A DNA stretch of 64,000 nt, taken from the NCBI GenBank assembly GCA_964016885.1, contig OZ024748.1:51398001-51462000 (forward strand). Reading direction: 5' to 3'. The translations under genes and the position numbers were made by a program. This document shows positions 52,620-63,875 of this stretch, one piece after another. The DNA is from Eledone cirrhosa (taxonomy: Eukaryota). The notes beneath the pieces were generated by a model that did no database searches, was not told the DNA's origin, and saw only the letters and a list, made by a program, of their open reading frames with translations. How positions within the stretch are numbered: position 1 is the stretch's first letter; the number at the start of each line of letters is the position of its first letter.

Positions 52620-53148
52620 TAACCGATTTTTCACTCATTTGTTAATTTGTGTTTGAGATATGTTGACTGAGTGTTTATGGTAGGAGCAGAACTATTTGAA
52701 CTTCAACTCCTACCGTCATGTAATTTTCTGAACCAGTAGCCAATCGGTTGATGGCATTGTGATGATGCGTAGGGATTTTAGTTGCTAATGTATTACTGTG
52801 TTTATCGTCACATTCACTGTCATAGCCGACACGGACTGGAATCTAATTCTGTCAATCGATTGGTTATTGATTAGGAAAAACCCGCTGATGAAGCCATATG
52901 CGGCAATTCGAAATGCAGACAGTGAATGTTGTGCACTCCATTGCTGCATTAAATGTGGCCGAAACTCAAGTATGGGTGTAGATTGAAGGTTCCAATTTAC
53001 GTGTGTTGTATTAAACCAAATAACTATGTGTCTACTCTGGGATTTTATATAACAGTACCTATTGAGTACGCTGAGATGCAACTGGTACTAACAGTGAAAC
53101 CCATGCTGGTCCCGTCAACTTATTATTATTGTTATTATTATTATATAT
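52610..53148 (+). mobile_element. Penelope-like element 3' region ending in (TTA)n
   Basis: Hammerhead, TATTGAGTAC motif 50 bp before the tail as in other remnants here, (TTA)n from 53120. Confidence 0.55.
52880..52977 (+). ncRNA. Type I hammerhead ribozyme with a long stem II extension
   Basis: acccg CTGATGA a gccatat gcggcaat ... attgctgc attaa atgtggc c GAAA c tcaa g TA tgggt. Stem I acccg/tgggt, GUA site, A-C mismatch at the stem II base. Confidence 0.75.
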
Positions 53149-53151
53149 AAA

Positions 53152-53252
53152 GCAAGGTTAACTTTGCCTTTCATCCTTTCGGGGTCGATAAAATAAAGTA
53201 CCAGTAATACACTGGGATAATTGCTGGCCTTGTGCCTTAAGTAGAAACAATT
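53152..53252 (+). mobile_element. 5'-truncated SINE family A
   Basis: Core plus tail, followed by (ATT)n. Confidence 0.85.
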
Positions 53253-53376
53253 ATTGTTATTATTATTATTATATATAAAGCAACATTGTATATAAAAAAA
53301 AATGAAACACAAGGGATGAACAAAAAGAACATATATCTTTCTCATTAGACACTTCCTGATAAAAGCAATTTCATGC

Positions 53377-53420
<44 letters not shown>

Positions 53421-53907
53421 CATTAGAGAAAAATATATCAAATTAACAACATATATTTTCTACATATATTTCGATTAGTGCAGATAAGAATACAATTATG
53501 ATAACAATTAACATTAAAAATTTAACATTAATAATAATTGGATTATCAATATAAAATACAATGATATTATATGTGATAATCTACACAATCTCATTTGGAA
53601 CAATAATCATTTGTTAAACATACTTTGCTGATATGAATCGTTACCACACACACACACATATATATATAAATATGATTTTTTTTTGGGGGGGGGGGGGGCT
53701 AGAATACTGAAAGCATTCAAACATTAACTGAAGTGGGTTCGAAGTTTCATCTTTACCACCCCACTCACTCACACACTACATCATCATCAGTTAATGTCCA
53801 CTTTCCCTGCTAGTATATAATTAAAATTAAAAGATATATATATATATGTGTGTAGACTTAGTACTTTCCTGTAAACAAGTGCTATTATGTCTCATATCAT
53901 GTTACCT

Positions 53908-53977
53908 TATTTTATCTGATGAGAACATAATTTTTGTCCCAGGATGTTTTTGTATTCGAAATGCACATAATAAAATA
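53908..53977 (+). ncRNA. Minimal type I hammerhead ribozyme
   Basis: tattttat CTGATGA gaa cata...tgta ttc GAAA tg ca ca TA ataaaata. 8-bp stem I with the same sequence as the 34497 ribozyme. Confidence 0.75.
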
Positions 53978-54110
53978 TATGGAACTCTTTTAACCGTCTT
54001 TTAATTTCTTCTTTATCATATATACTCCAGTTCTACCAATTGTTGAGTGCTACTTATCTGATATATGTATAGTTTTATTGTTCTACAATATTACTCACCT
54101 TCTATATATA

Positions 54111-54146
<36 letters not shown>

Positions 54147-54157
54147 AAGAAAGAGCC

Positions 54158-54650
54158 ATATATCGTTTGGGAAACATTATATTGTACATATAATATTTTG
54201 GGAAAAAGACGTTCTTTAAGGATGAAAAGTTATTTTTTCCTTATGGTACCATACATAAACCATGACAAAAATCAATTTAAGCAATTGATCATCTATTGCC
54301 AACTATCGAATTTGGTAAAGTTACGGGAGACGCAAATCAATCATCAGAGGATTCTTCTTGGGATAAGTTCCAATAAAGTATAAAGTACAAAATACTTTTA
54401 TATCTGACGAGATCCGAGAGTTAGGCCAACACCATAGACATCATAATGTGAGAACGTTTTAACTGTGGCAGCAGATAGAAATAGGACTCAACGTTACATC
54501 CAAATACAAATAGATTTTTTTATGGTTTATGAATTATGAAATGGTACGATAAGAAGAGAAGAACTTTTCTATTTTGAAGTATGTATTTTTTCCAAAATAT
54601 TATGTGCTTTATATATGTCCGAAATACTATGTGTTTCTCAAACGATATAT
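54158..54650. mobile_element. Diverged inverted-repeat element (MITE or fold-back)
   Basis: ATATATCGTTTGGGAAACA vs TGTTTCTCAAACGATATAT termini; decayed arms of ~120 bp. Confidence 0.5.
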
Positions 54651-55051
54651 ACCATTTTCTTTCTCTCTCTCTCTATATATATACATATATATTTTAATTT
54701 TAATTAATGATGCTCTGGGCAAATGTCCATTGAGCTTTTCTACTGAGAAACATAAGTATCATACATATTAGATATCTTGCAGTACCTTAAATTAATATAT
54801 AACTGCTCCAAATCCTTAATTTGTTGAGCTGCTCATACTGTGATCAATACTTTGCACCTCTTTCTAGTGGATATAACGTCGATTATTCTATACTAGCATA
54901 TACACACGTGTGTGTGTGTGTGTGTAACACTCAGTACATGTGACGAGTTTTAATATGTTATTAAATAAAATACTACAATGAAGACATAACCTTGAGTAGC
55001 GCAAAAATGCATGTCCTTGTATTTCTCCATGTTACATCTTCGATATACTAT

Positions 55052-55335
55052 TCATCATCATCATCGTTTAACATCCCTTTTTCCATGCTAGCATGGGTTA
55101 GACAGGTTGTCCCATTTGAGGCAAGTAGGATTAGCTAACCATGTCTTCCTCACACATAACTGACCCTGGCTTGGTTTCTACAGCTGGATGTCCTTCCTAA
55201 CGCCAACCACATTTAGAGCGTGTGCTGGGTGCTTTTTATCCTGACACCTACATGCCCATTTTACAGTGAGTACTGGGTGCTTTTTGTTGCATCACCTACA
55301 CGACCACTCTACAGTGTGGGCTGAGGGATTTTTAT
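55052..55335 (-). mobile_element. Old RTE 3'-UTR-related fragment
   Basis: (CAT)n-CGTTTAAC, GCTAGCATGGGTTAGAC, GCTGGATGTCCTTCCTAACGCCAACC. Confidence 0.7.
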
Positions 55336-55694
55336 TGACTTTAATAATATATATGTATGTAAAATGTTGGATTGGATTCAGTGATAAAGGCACAGGAAAT
55401 GTAGTTTGGTACTGAATTGTAATATATCAAATAGGAGTTGTCTATCTACTGGTAGTTAAGATAGCTGTGTAAGATATGAAGAGATAAACACAGTTAGTTT
55501 CTCCAGTTGGGTATTTATATGTACTAATTTGATGAGTTAAGTCATTCAGAGGCAGTTTAGATTAATCAGTAATGAGGCTGTGCTGTATATGATAAATACA
55601 TGGTTAAACCTTCAGTTTTATGACATTCTTGTAAATGTATAATTTTGAGTAAATATTATAAAATTCTTAATTGTTTACATTATATATAGAAATG

Positions 55695-55735
<41 letters not shown>

Positions 55736-56539
55736 TCTATATTTAAACAAAAGCATCCATTTATCATTTCTGTGTATTTCATTATTGATACATATGTGTG
55801 TGTATATATATATTTATATATGTATGTGTGTATATATATATACATTAGAGCAGAATATGAAAGTGCATATATACATGTGAATATATATTTAAAAATAGAC
55901 ATTCATTTATCATTTTTGTATTTTTATTATTTACACACATATGTACAAAGATACAGACACACATGCACACATACACACACACACGCACATACACACACAC
56001 ACACCCATATATATATTATTGAATATTTGTTTATTTTTCTACATTTATCTGTGCAGCTATTCTTATTAACCTTTTTACTGAATAGAACACTTTGCCAATA
56101 TTAAGTAAGTTTACAGATTGTCAGAGGCAGTTCTGTGCCATTTTCTCCTAGTTGGCATTAAAACAGAAGACAGGGCTTTGTGAATAGGAAATAAATTGCA
56201 ACCACTGAAAACTCAAGGAAAATTTCCCTTGGAGATTTCTTAACAAATTTTAAATTATAGAGAAGAAGAAAAAAATAAGATACTATGTCAAAAACACCTC
56301 AAACATTAAATAAAAAACAGGAAAATAAGTATGTTCGTTATATATGATGTGTTTATATGGGTGTATCTGTGTGTTCCTAGATTCATATACACTTTTACAT
56401 TACCCATCTTATGAATATATACATATATGTATATGTGTGTATGTGTGTGTACACAAAACCCAATTGCTTCAAGTGAAAATAATGTAGTTTACTTCAAGTA
56501 TGCTTATGTATATACATGCACAGATAAACATACTCACAT

Positions 56540-56575
56540 TTACATATACATATTCATATAAACATCTTGTATATA

Positions 56576-56627
<52 letters not shown>

Positions 56628-56680
56628 TTTCTACATACAAACACAAATATATACATATACATATTCATATATACATCTTG

Positions 56681-56718
<38 letters not shown>

Positions 56719-56773
56719 TTTCTACATACAAACACAAATATATACATATACATATTCATATATACATCTTGTA

Positions 56774-56813
<40 letters not shown>

Positions 56814-56860
56814 CAAACATATATTTCTACATACAATCACAAATGTATACATATACTTAT
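56540..56860. repeat. ~100-bp TA-rich tandem unit x3
   Basis: CATATACATATTCATATA..CATCTTGTATA and CATATATTTCTACATACAA each recur three times. Confidence 0.8.
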
Positions 56861-56988
56861 ATAAAAAATCAAGAATTGTGCATATATAACATAGAACAAT
56901 ATATATTTATTAGCTTTTCGGAACGAAGACTTAACTTTGAAAAATCTGAAGGGACCTCTTTTATTATTGTTTTCGTTATTTTCCTCAA

Positions 56989-57025
<37 letters not shown>

Positions 57026-57899
57026 CTTATTTACTGTTATTCTAATGAAATCTAAAAATAGGGCAAGGTTCAAATTAGGGTGTAGAAAAGATTTTAAGGG
57101 AAAAATCAATCATATAAATGGGGTGAGGCTTTTGTAAGATGTGTAGGTTGGGGTTGAAATGATTGTTGTTGTAGTTGTTAAGGTAAATTGCTCAATGTTC
57201 CATAGGTTTATTTAGTCTGGTGTACAGGGGAAAGGTGGAGAAGGAGAGGGGGGTGTATGTTGGTGATGGTATGGTTGTTGTGGATGTGGAGGTATTGCTG
57301 ATGGTGGAAGTGATGGTGGTGGTGGTGCTGTTACTGATTATGGTGGTGTTTGTTTTGGTGGTAGTGGTTGTGGTAGTGGATGGTGGTAGTGGTTGCTGGT
57401 GGATGGTGATGGTGGTGGTGGTGGTGGTGGTGGTGGTGGTTGTTGTCATCAGGCTCTTTATCATGTGGTAATGGTGGAGGTAGAGGTTGTGGTGATGTAG
57501 CTCATTGTGGTGTTGCTTGTTTTGCTGGGTGTGGTTGTGATTTTTGTGGTAGTGGCTGTTGTTGTGGTGGTGGTTGTGATGGTGTTAATGATATTTGTTG
57601 GTGGGAGTTGTGGTGATAGTGATATATACTCAAATCACATCTTACGGATTGAAAATATGATTGCCACCAATGTACAATATGTATTATATAAAGATGGGAT
57701 GGTCATGAATGGAACATCTTTGGTATTAAAATGAAATATGATGCTCATGGCATTATATTTTTCAGCCATTGATGGAAGTGGTGGCACGTATGCATGTTTG
57801 GTGGGGAGGTCGGTTGGAAGGAGTAACATTAGATTTAATTTCATGGTTGATAACAAAAGGTTTCTCTCTACAAAAGAAAGGCCAGCTGCATCATGTTTG

Positions 57900-59435
57900 T
57901 GCAGAAAGTGCAATGCTGGATGATAGAGAGTCATGGGCCACATATGCAGAGTATATGCAAAGGCTAGGGAGAAATGAAGCAAGCGTGATTAGGTGGTTAT
58001 GCCGTGCTGATATACATGAACAGCAAAGCATGAATGAGCTGCAAGAAAATTTGGATCATCATCATCATCATCATCATCATCGTTTAACGTCCATTATCCA
58101 CGCTAGCATGGGTCTGGACAGGAATTGTCCCACTTGAGGCAAGATTGGTTGTCTTGCTCGTATAGGACTGTCTGGCGGGTTTTCTATGGCTGGATGCCCT
58201 TCCCAACACCAACCACGTTTACAGTGTGGACTGGGAGGTTTTTACCGTGTTACCTACATGGCCACATTACAGCGTGGACTGTGTGTTTTTTGTGGTGATG
58301 CCTACACGTCTGGCTGGTTTTCTACGGCTGGGTGCCCTTCCCAACACCAACCACATTTACAGTGTGGACTGGGAGGTTTTTACCGTGTTACCTACACGGC
58401 CACATTACAGCGTGGACTGTGTGTTTTTTGTGGTGATGCCTACACGTCTGGCTGGTTTTCTACGGCTGGGTGCCCTTCCCAACACCAACCACATTTACAG
58501 TGTGGACTGGGAGGTTTTTACCATGTTACCTACACGGCCACATTACAGCATGGACTGTGTGTTTTTTGTCATGACGCCTACACGTCTGGCTAGTTTTCTA
58601 TGGCTGGGTGCCTTTCCCAATACCAACCATGTTTACAGTGTGTACTGGGAGGTTTTTACCGTGTTACCTATACGTTCATATGGACTGTGTGTTTTTTTTG
58701 TCGTGACACCTACACGACCTCATTTGTTTCGGACCTGGATGTTGTGGTACTAACATAACTTCACATTTAAGGGGTGGGGTAGTGGGGGGGGGGGGGGGGT
58801 ATAGGTGCCTACTGACTGTAGGTTTCGCTTTGTACTTAGGCAAGGCGGGTCTTCTGTATAACTGTGTAGCGCCAAAGATCTCGGTCCAGTGACATTGTCT
58901 TGGAGAGGTGTAAGTGTGTGAGGTCGGAATTTATGAAGTCGTCCCAGGTTGTTCTGGGTCTGCCTACTCCGTGGCTACCATCTATTTTTATCACCCTGCA
59001 CTTTTTTATACAGTTCTCGTCTTTCATGCGCATCACGTGACCGTACCAACGTAGTCTTCTCTCGAGTAAACAACGTCTGATCCCTCTTATTCCTAATTTC
59101 TCACTTGGTTTGTTTATGCTTTACCGTTCACGTATATTACTATTACACATATGGATATAAAAGGAATTAGATGTAGTGTGCAAGAGAAAAGATTGCACTG
59201 GTATGGTCATGTGATGCATATGGTTAATGATGATTGGTGCCAAGAAATACCAGTGGAAGGGAGCTACAGTAGTGGAAGGACAAGGAAGAGCTGTACAGAT
59301 GTTGTGAGAGCTGATTTCAAATCACTGAAGATCACAGGACAGAAATAAGAGGAGGGATGCTGTGCTGGAAAAGACCCATATATATACATCATACAAGCAT
59401 GGAAAATGGATATTAAATAGCAATGATGATGATGA
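57900..59435 (+). mobile_element. Old RTE LINE 3' fragment split by a nested insertion
   Basis: ESWATYAEYMQRLGRNEASVIRWLC..ELQENL (to 58053) continues as DIKGIRCSVQEKRLHWYGHVMHM..GRTRKS (from 59154); (GAT)n tail at ~59425. Confidence 0.8.
58057..59151 (-). mobile_element. Younger 5'-truncated RTE LINE with four 138-bp UTR units
   Basis: KLGIRGIRRCLLERRLRWYGHVMRM..GRPRTTW..DRDLWR..KTRLA*; (GAT)n tail; TGGAT at both junctions. Confidence 0.88.
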
Positions 59436-59569
59436 TATTTGTGTGTGTATATATGTTAGGAAATGTGAAAGTGTTTTACAACTTGGTGTTAGTGTGTATG
59501 GTATGATGTGTGTGGTGAAGCTGCTTTGTGTGTGGTAGTGTGATGCATCTTGCTGTAAATATATATTTT

Positions 59570-60130
59570 TTGGTGTGTAGCTACTTACAGAGGTGTGTAG
59601 CTATATATATATATATATATGTTGATGTGTAGCTATATGTGTTGGTGTGTAGCTATATATGTTGGTGTGTAACTATATATGTTGGTGTGTAGCTATATAT
59701 GTTGGTGTGTAGCTATATATGTTGGTGTGTAGCTATATATGCTGGTGTGTAGTTATATATGTTGGTGTGTAGCTATATATGCTGGTGTGTAGTTATATAT
59801 GTTGGTGTGTAGCTATATATGTTAGTGCGTAGTTAATTATAGTGGTGTGTACCTAATTATAGTGGTGTGTAGTTATATATGTTAATGTGTAGATAAATAT
59901 GTTGGTGTGTACCTATATATGTTAATGTGTAGCTATATATGTTGGTGTGTAGCTATATATGTTGGTGTGTAGTTAATTATAGTGGTGTGTAGCTAATTAT
60001 AGTGGTGTGTAGCTATATATGTTGGTGTGTAGCTATATATGTTGGTGTGTAGTTAATTATAGTGGTGTGTAGCTAATTATAGTGGTGTGTAGCTATATAT
60101 GTTGGTGTGTAGCTAATTATAGTGATGTGT
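59570..60130. repeat. 20-bp minisatellite GTTGGTGTGTAGCTATATAT
   Basis: About 25 units in exact 20-bp register. Confidence 0.95.
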
Positions 60131-60221
60131 ACCAATGTGTATGAGGGTAAGAGGGTGTATATGTATATGTGGATGGCACCATACTTTGTATGTGTTGGTG
60201 AGGTGTGTAGATATGGCAGTG

Positions 60222-60258
<37 letters not shown>

Positions 60259-60585
60259 GGAACTTCTATTTGAGGTAAGTAAATATTCTCAAAAATTCAA
60301 TTAACCCCTCAACTACCACAAGTTGCCTTAAGGTTTCTTTGATGGAAATGTTTTTGAAATAATTGTTTCAATTCCAAGGCTCCATGCAGTTGTTTCTGCT
60401 CTTCTCGTCTTAATAATATTTTCCTTGTTTTGTTATTAATGTTTTTTTTTAACTGAGTTGTTCTTTAGCCCTAGGCGAAGTCAGATAGAGGAGACCTATG
60501 ATCAAAGTTATGCATCAGCAACCACCCAGCCTTTTTAAGGGTATGTAGATATATATAATTGAATATCTTCTTCCTTATTTAAGAT

Positions 60586-60649
<64 letters not shown>

Positions 60650-60653
<4 letters not shown>

Positions 60654-60819
60654 AGTAAGTAAGACCCCGACGGCTGAGCTCAAGCCGTTTCGACGGCTAA
60701 TTCTGTACTTACCTCAAATAGAAGTTCCTTACTTACTCCTATTACCCACTCTACTACCCTAAGTATTGAGTACTTTGGTGCGTTATGGTCCACCTGGTTC
60801 CTTACCACTTTTCCCTCGC
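60650..60819 (+). mobile_element. Fold-back Penelope-like remnant in (TA)n
   Basis: Same family as 41408-41591; TAGGAGTAAGTAAG / CTTACTTACTCCTA inverted. Confidence 0.65.
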
Positions 60820-60849
60820 TATATATATATATATATATATAGATAGATA

Positions 60850-61075
60850 ATTTTCTTTTTATTTGCCACCAGGGCATCACAAAGTGGGACAAGTACAATG
60901 GGGGGGAGTTTACATAACAAGGCGTCCTCAATAAGGAGGAGGCAATAACAAAATATAAAAATAAAATAAAATATAACAAGATAAAATTTGTAACAAAATC
61001 CTTGGTGCAACCCTTCTCCTCAGGAGCACAGAGAGGGGGTGCTCCCTTGGTCTTTCATCTTCCTCACCTATAGTC
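60850..61075 (-). mobile_element. Probable LINE (L1/Tx1-like) 3' end
   Basis: Minus strand ends GCAAATAAAAAGAAAA (polyA signal and A tail) and sits between microsatellites; no protein evidence. Confidence 0.35.
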
Positions 61076-61126
61076 TGATATATATATATATATATATAGA
61101 TAGATAGATATAGATAGATAGATAGA

Positions 61127-61334
61127 TATAAGGGTCGGCTGAAAAGTTCATAGGCTGACTATGAAGATGAATGAATGATGCTAGAGTTGTGAAATCTTGC
61201 ATGAATTAATTTAAACTCTTCTTATCAATAACTACATTGTTTCTTTTCAGGGACTATGTTGAAAAATAAATCTCATTTGGTTATTCCATGAGCGTATCTT
61301 GGTCAGCCAATGAACTTCTCAAACATCCTTTGTA
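61127..61334. mobile_element. mariner-type MITE (second copy)
   Basis: TATAAGGGTCGGCTGAAAAGTTCATAGGCT; similar throughout to 21546-21742. Confidence 0.7.
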
Positions 61335-62017
61335 TTATAATGCAATTCTGATTGGGGCTTTAGTGGGAATATTGTCAGGCAGGTTAGTTTTGAAAAGGTT
61401 AATCCTTACAATGCCAACCATCCAGATAATGCTTAGGATTCTAAGCTACAAGATTGTCTATTTTAAAGCATTTGTGGTTAAATTAAAACCATCCATCATG
61501 ATTCTATATAAAAAGCTTTTGTTGAGTTACATTTCAAATATCATCTTCATAAAAAGTTAGTTATCACTGTATTAAATCCTACCATATTCTTAATTGTTTT
61601 CAAATAAGTATAGTATATCATGACAGATATGGACAAGAAAGCACTCGTTGAATAATGTAGACTTAGCTAAATAAATAAAAAACTGCAAAAGGTTATGGCT
61701 TTTGGCCATGTAATAGCTTGGAGCAAAACAACGACTGTGAATTAGTGACAGGCTGTTGGAGAAGCTACATGAGCAAATGCTTACACATAGGCTGTTGTTG
61801 TACCCACATCGATTTTGAACATGAGTATCACAGTTGATCAAATAATGGAAGAGATTGCTCCACATACTGCTCACATGTCTGTTAAAAGTACAAGTGTCTG
61901 TGGAAAGCTCAACAACTCAATGTGTTACCAGGATTTGAACCTTATGATTGTGAGATGAAAATCTTAAGGTCTAAATGACACACACACACAGTTTGCCAGT
62001 CTGCCATATATTTTATA

Positions 62018-62066
<49 letters not shown>

Positions 62067-62077
62067 AGCATACATAT

Positions 62078-62400
62078 ATCATCATCATTATAATCATGTA
62101 ATGTCCATCTTCCACGCTAGCATGGGTTAGACGGGATTGTCCTACTTGAGGCAAGATTGGTTGGCTGACCATGTCTCGCTCATATAGAACTGTTTCTGGC
62201 AGGTTTTCAGTGTGGGCAGAGAGCCTTTTTACCATTTCTCCTACCATTTTACAGTGGGGAGTGGGTGCTTTTTGTCATGTCACCTACATGACCACTTTAC
62301 AGAGAAAGTGGTGCTGTGAGAGGAAGTGGGAGGATGGAGTAGGGGTGGTGGGGTGTATATTTGGTTAAGAGGTGCCTACAGGACTGTAGGTTTAACTTCA
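62078..62400 (-). mobile_element. Decayed RTE 3' UTR fragment
   Basis: GCTAGCATGGGTTAGACGGGATTGTCC..GAGGCAAGATTGG and AGAGGTGCCTAC motifs as in 28684-29060. Confidence 0.7.
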
Positions 62401-62450
62401 TATGTATGCCAATTTGCCATGTATTTTATACAAGGTGTATATATATATAT

Positions 62451-62497
<47 letters not shown>

Positions 62498-63059
62498 CTT
62501 CTATTAAAATTAAACCAATATAAATATTACAATAAGTATTCTGTAAACAAACCATATTCACTCTTGCTACACACACTATATCATATGTGTATGCATACAT
62601 AAACATACATGTTTGTATGAATTCACACATATATGTGTATGTAGATATATGAATATGCATGCATATATAAATGTACATATGTTTCTAATTATATATGCAT
62701 ATATTTAAGTATATGTAGGTAAAAGTGAATTTGTTTGTGTATGTGTATGTATATATATATATACATATAATTAAACATTGATGTATATATTTACATATCT
62801 ACAACAACAACACATGCACATGCATCCACAAACGACATACTCACACCAATCCATAAACACACACCCATCAATTAACACATATACACACACACATTCACAC
62901 ATAGTCACACACCCATCCATGCACATATACACATACATCCACACAACTCTTTCCCCATACACACAAAATATAAGTTGATCATTATTTATTCTTTCAAAAA
63001 TGATTATCTAACATCTTGAGAGAAATGACATACAAAATCATTAACAACAACTTATATTT

Positions 63060-63875
63060 ATTTCCACCACCATTGCCATCAACACCATCACCACCACCAT
63101 TGTCATCACCATTAAAACCACTACCACCACCACCATCATCATCATAACCACCTCCACTGCCATCAACACCATCACCTCCATCGTTATCACCATCAACACC
63201 ACTACCACCACCACCTCCACTGCCATCACTACCTACACTGCCATCACCACCACCTCCACTGTCATCACCACCACCACTACCACCACCACCACCTCCACTG
63301 CCATCACCACCACCTCCATTGCCATCACCTCCACTGATCATCACATCCACTGCCATCACCACCACCTCTATCACCTACACTGCCATCACCACCACAAATA
63401 CCACCACCACCACCTCCACCACCATCACCACTACCACCACCACCACAACCACAACATCACCTGTAATTGGACCTCTATGTACATTTCAACTTGGTTTTAT
63501 TTTTTTAAATACCTACATCTCCATCATCTTTAGCAGCACACTCATCATCATCATCACCACCACCATCATCACCAAGACAATCATCATCTTCATGATCATC
63601 CTCATCATCAGAATCACCATCACCATAATCACCATCATCATCATTATCACCACTATCATCATCATCATCATCATCATCACCATCATCATCACCACCATCA
63701 GCATCATCCTTATTATCAGCATTACCACCATCAGAATCCTCCTCATCAATATCATCATTATCACCATCATCATCACCACCATCATCATCCTTATTATCAG
63801 CAATATCATCATCATCACCATCATCACCATCATTGCCAACATCCTTATCATCACCTTCATCATCATCTCCACCAC
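63060..63875. repeat. (CAC)n/(CAT)n low-complexity tracts
   Basis: Degenerate trinucleotide repeats. Confidence 0.9.

Noticed and set aside
42003-52634. 3543-aa minus-strand ORF (MVAFGFSLQPLYNR)n and third-frame (WRLKPKATILLYSG)n ORFs
   Set aside because: These are automatic consequences of a 42-bp unit lacking stops. The minus ORF has no ATG before the array, and the third frame is broken by unit variants.
54335-54430. CTGACGA (+) and CTGATGA (-) cores
   Set aside because: No downstream GAAA or closing stems.
54936-54980. Hammerhead-like GTGACGA..hairpin..AAAA
   Set aside because: Both core segments are mutated; too decayed to call.
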